A DNA stretch of 64,000 nt from NCBI RefSeq assembly GCF_033153115.1, contig NW_026889774.1, forward strand, positions 19,840,001-19,904,000. The letters run 5' to 3'. The notes beneath the pieces are model-generated. The model searched no databases, was not told the DNA's origin, and saw nothing but the letters and a program-made list of their open reading frames with translations. Within the stretch, counting starts at the first letter, position 1, and each line of letters opens with the position of its first letter. The position numbers were made by a program, and so were the translations under genes. This stretch comes from Saccostrea echinata. Taxonomy: Eukaryota. Shown piece by piece: positions 61,362 through 64,000 of the stretch.

Positions 61362-64000
61362 TAAATAAGGTACTTAAAAAATAGTCAAAAGTTTTGTTTT
61401 TGTATTACATGTATTTGGTCTTATATAATTGTAAGTCAATTTAAACTTAATTTTTTAAATTTGGCATGTGTTTGTTTGTTTGTTTTTTTGGTTTGTTTGT
61501 TTGTTTGTTTTTGTTATGAGAATGATTGCAACAGTCATTTAACTATTTGTAAACGTCAAAAAACATTACATATCTTTTCTATATATTCTTTTAAAATAAA
61601 ATAGACATCAAACAAAAAAAAAAAACTTTGAGAATTAAGTTGATAACTTTAATTCCTTAATCAAATGAAAGTTCTATGTTTGCGACGCAATCAATATCTG
61701 ATTGATCGCTCTTCCGTATTACTTATAAAGAAGTTTCTGGAACAAAAGTAAAATTGGTCCTCAAAAGCCGAAGAATAAAAAAAAATCAAAGGTTCAAAAT
61801 AGTATAATTAAGAAAAGTAATGTTAAAGAGAATCAATGTGAAGTTTGTGTTTCATTATTCTTGTATTTCTAAAATGTCTTTAAAGAACTTAAGGAAGCAT
61901 ATCAGTGTCGCAAATCTCTCTCGGACAGTCGAAATCCCTCCTTCTCCCAATACCCCATTTATCTACACAAAGATACGGAATAATTTGAATTCTTTTCTAA
62001 TTTACTGACAACTACCCGTGGTAATTTACCGCCGGATTTGCAATATTTAAACAGAATTTAAGCTTTTGGGGCCGATCCATGTTTGTCGAAAGATTTTGAA
62101 ACAAATGATAACGCCGACTGCCCGCCTCAATTTGTGACGATCTTTCTTTGTTGCCCGAGGATCAAGGATAATTCTAAACAAGATCTCTGGAACGTTTTAG
62201 AGGAGTCCGTTGTATTTACATTTTACCCCGAGTACAATTGACTGCGACAAGCATTTTGAGCACTCTGACCCTTAAAAAGAAGGTGATCTGTCAACAAAAT
62301 AGAGAAGTCTTCATTTGCGAGAACCGTAACCAACTCCTTGGATTAAGCTGAATGATGTCGGTTTAGTAGATGGGTCAAATTCACACGTTCTAGGTAGGTG
62401 ATCTGTCTTTTTTTCCTTTAATTTATTGTACCTGCCTTTTAAGACTTTTTATTGAAGAACACAAGATTACAAGTCGCAGACAAGCAATATAAAACATCAA
62501 AGCATGCATCATTATTATGTTAACACTTTAAGTTAGGATTACAATAACTTTATAAATGAGATAGAATGGTGTAATATGGCGAACAGTATTGAAATGTACT
62601 AATTAACAATGCACTCCAAACAATTTTAGTCAAACCTTACTTATGTTTTAAACGAAAGTTACAGTAAAATAAATTCCTGATTTGTTTATGGCCAAAGTTG
62701 TTGCGAGAGGTCTTTATTACCTATGTATTGACGTATTGCTATGTTCCTGGATTTAAAAATCACCTTAGATGTTGTAAATTTCAAATAGGATATCGATATA
62801 CAAAATCCTCAAGTAAAACCACAATATTCCTGTAATTTTTTGTACCTCGAATGTGTCTTGATTGATATTACTTCCATCTATTAAATTTAAAATGTTAATT
62901 ATTTTTTCCCTCTCAATTTTCGAAAATGCCTTTATTTTTGTTTTCTTTTTGTTTATTTATTTATACAAACTATATGAATTGATTCGAGGTCATTATCTAT
63001 GATCGACAGTCTCTCGGTGACTTTTTTTCTGCAAAGACGGAAAGTATACAGACTGACAGAGACATTAAATCTAATGTTAAACATTGTTTGCGATTTGCTA
63101 ATAGTCTTCTCCCGGACATAGTTCAGTGTCTTGGGAATTCTTTTTTCTGTAAAGTTTTTTTCATAATGCATATAAGTGTATTTTTATTTACATTTCGGTT
63201 CACCTTCGGAAAAAGTTTCAAGTATGTACGCTCTCAAGATTTTTTTTTCCATTTTGGTATAAAATGCTATTCTTCGAAAGTCAAAACTAGCAAACAAACA
63301 AACTGCACAATACGAGTACATAATACAATCTGTGATTGAGATACTTTTCTGCGAGTGGTTATTTTTTATCCTTCTCAAAATGGTTATACAGGAAATACTT
63401 GGTCCTGGATGAATATAGGTCAGAGATACTTTGCCTGGATATAACGAAGCTGTGTGACTAGGGAAGAAAATGATAACAGACAATGGCTCTCGGCATCCAG
63501 ACGACTCCACCAGCTATAAAGTTTGACCAATCAAATCCAAACAATGACAACTAGAAATTTACGATGTTTTCGTAGATTAATGAATCACTAGCAAGCACTT
63601 AAAGATGGGCTTAATCTAAATTAAAGAACTGTTACTAACTAAACGTGAAATTCCTTTCTATTTTTCATGCTTCTTTATTACATTTGATATGACGTCATAG
63701 AGTACAATGTGTTTGCGATATGAGAGTTCCGTATATGATACGGATTTCTTTCAATGATATTGTATTCAATAAACCGCCATTTCCGCGGTTTTAGCTGTAA
63801 GACTTTGTCGTATATTTGCGATAACATTTACAGAAGTTCACAAAAAATCGGAGTTTTGCACAATGAAAAAACGATAAGGTTTATTTCGGAAACGAGTGTA
63901 AGTCTTGAAACAAAATATTTTCGTACGTGTATTGCAAAATTTCCTGGCAACAAAACACAAGATAAATAATTGTTAAGAAGAAGCCTTTAATGAGGAACAG

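Noticed and set aside
28000-64000. Search for Wnt10 or other coding exons upstream of Wnt6
   Set aside because: No Cys-rich Wnt motifs or other credible host exons found by eye on either strand. A short first exon or non-coding exon could have been missed.

Overview
Eukaryotic, AT-rich genomic DNA with a 138-N assembly gap. The repeat families point to a bivalve, probably an oyster (inference). The window covers part of the ancestral Wnt9-Wnt1-Wnt6-Wnt10 cluster. The 3' half of Wnt1 is on the + strand (exons 3831-3981, a probable 24-nt microexon 4255-4278, and 5193-5536; the ORF track misses all three). It faces, tail-to-tail, a complete 4-exon Wnt6 on the - strand (27908-18143, 347 aa). The remaining ~36 kb upstream of Wnt6 has no recognisable host gene. 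Mobile elements across the window include five decayed Naiad-type Penelope-like retroelement copies (two subfamilies), two tRNA-derived SINEs, a TRIM-like element with tRNA-like LTRs, several MITEs and foldback elements, and two related minisatellites in opposite orientation. I found no new protein-coding system. The best leads are non-coding: the Wnt1 linker microexon, TA-NNNN-TA transposon excision scars demonstrable against paralogous copies, a conserved three-way-junction RNA fold at the Naiad 3' end, the tRNA-LTR TRIM, and a 1.1 kb foldback element whose interior is complementary to its joined ends. Family names come from recall, not database searches.
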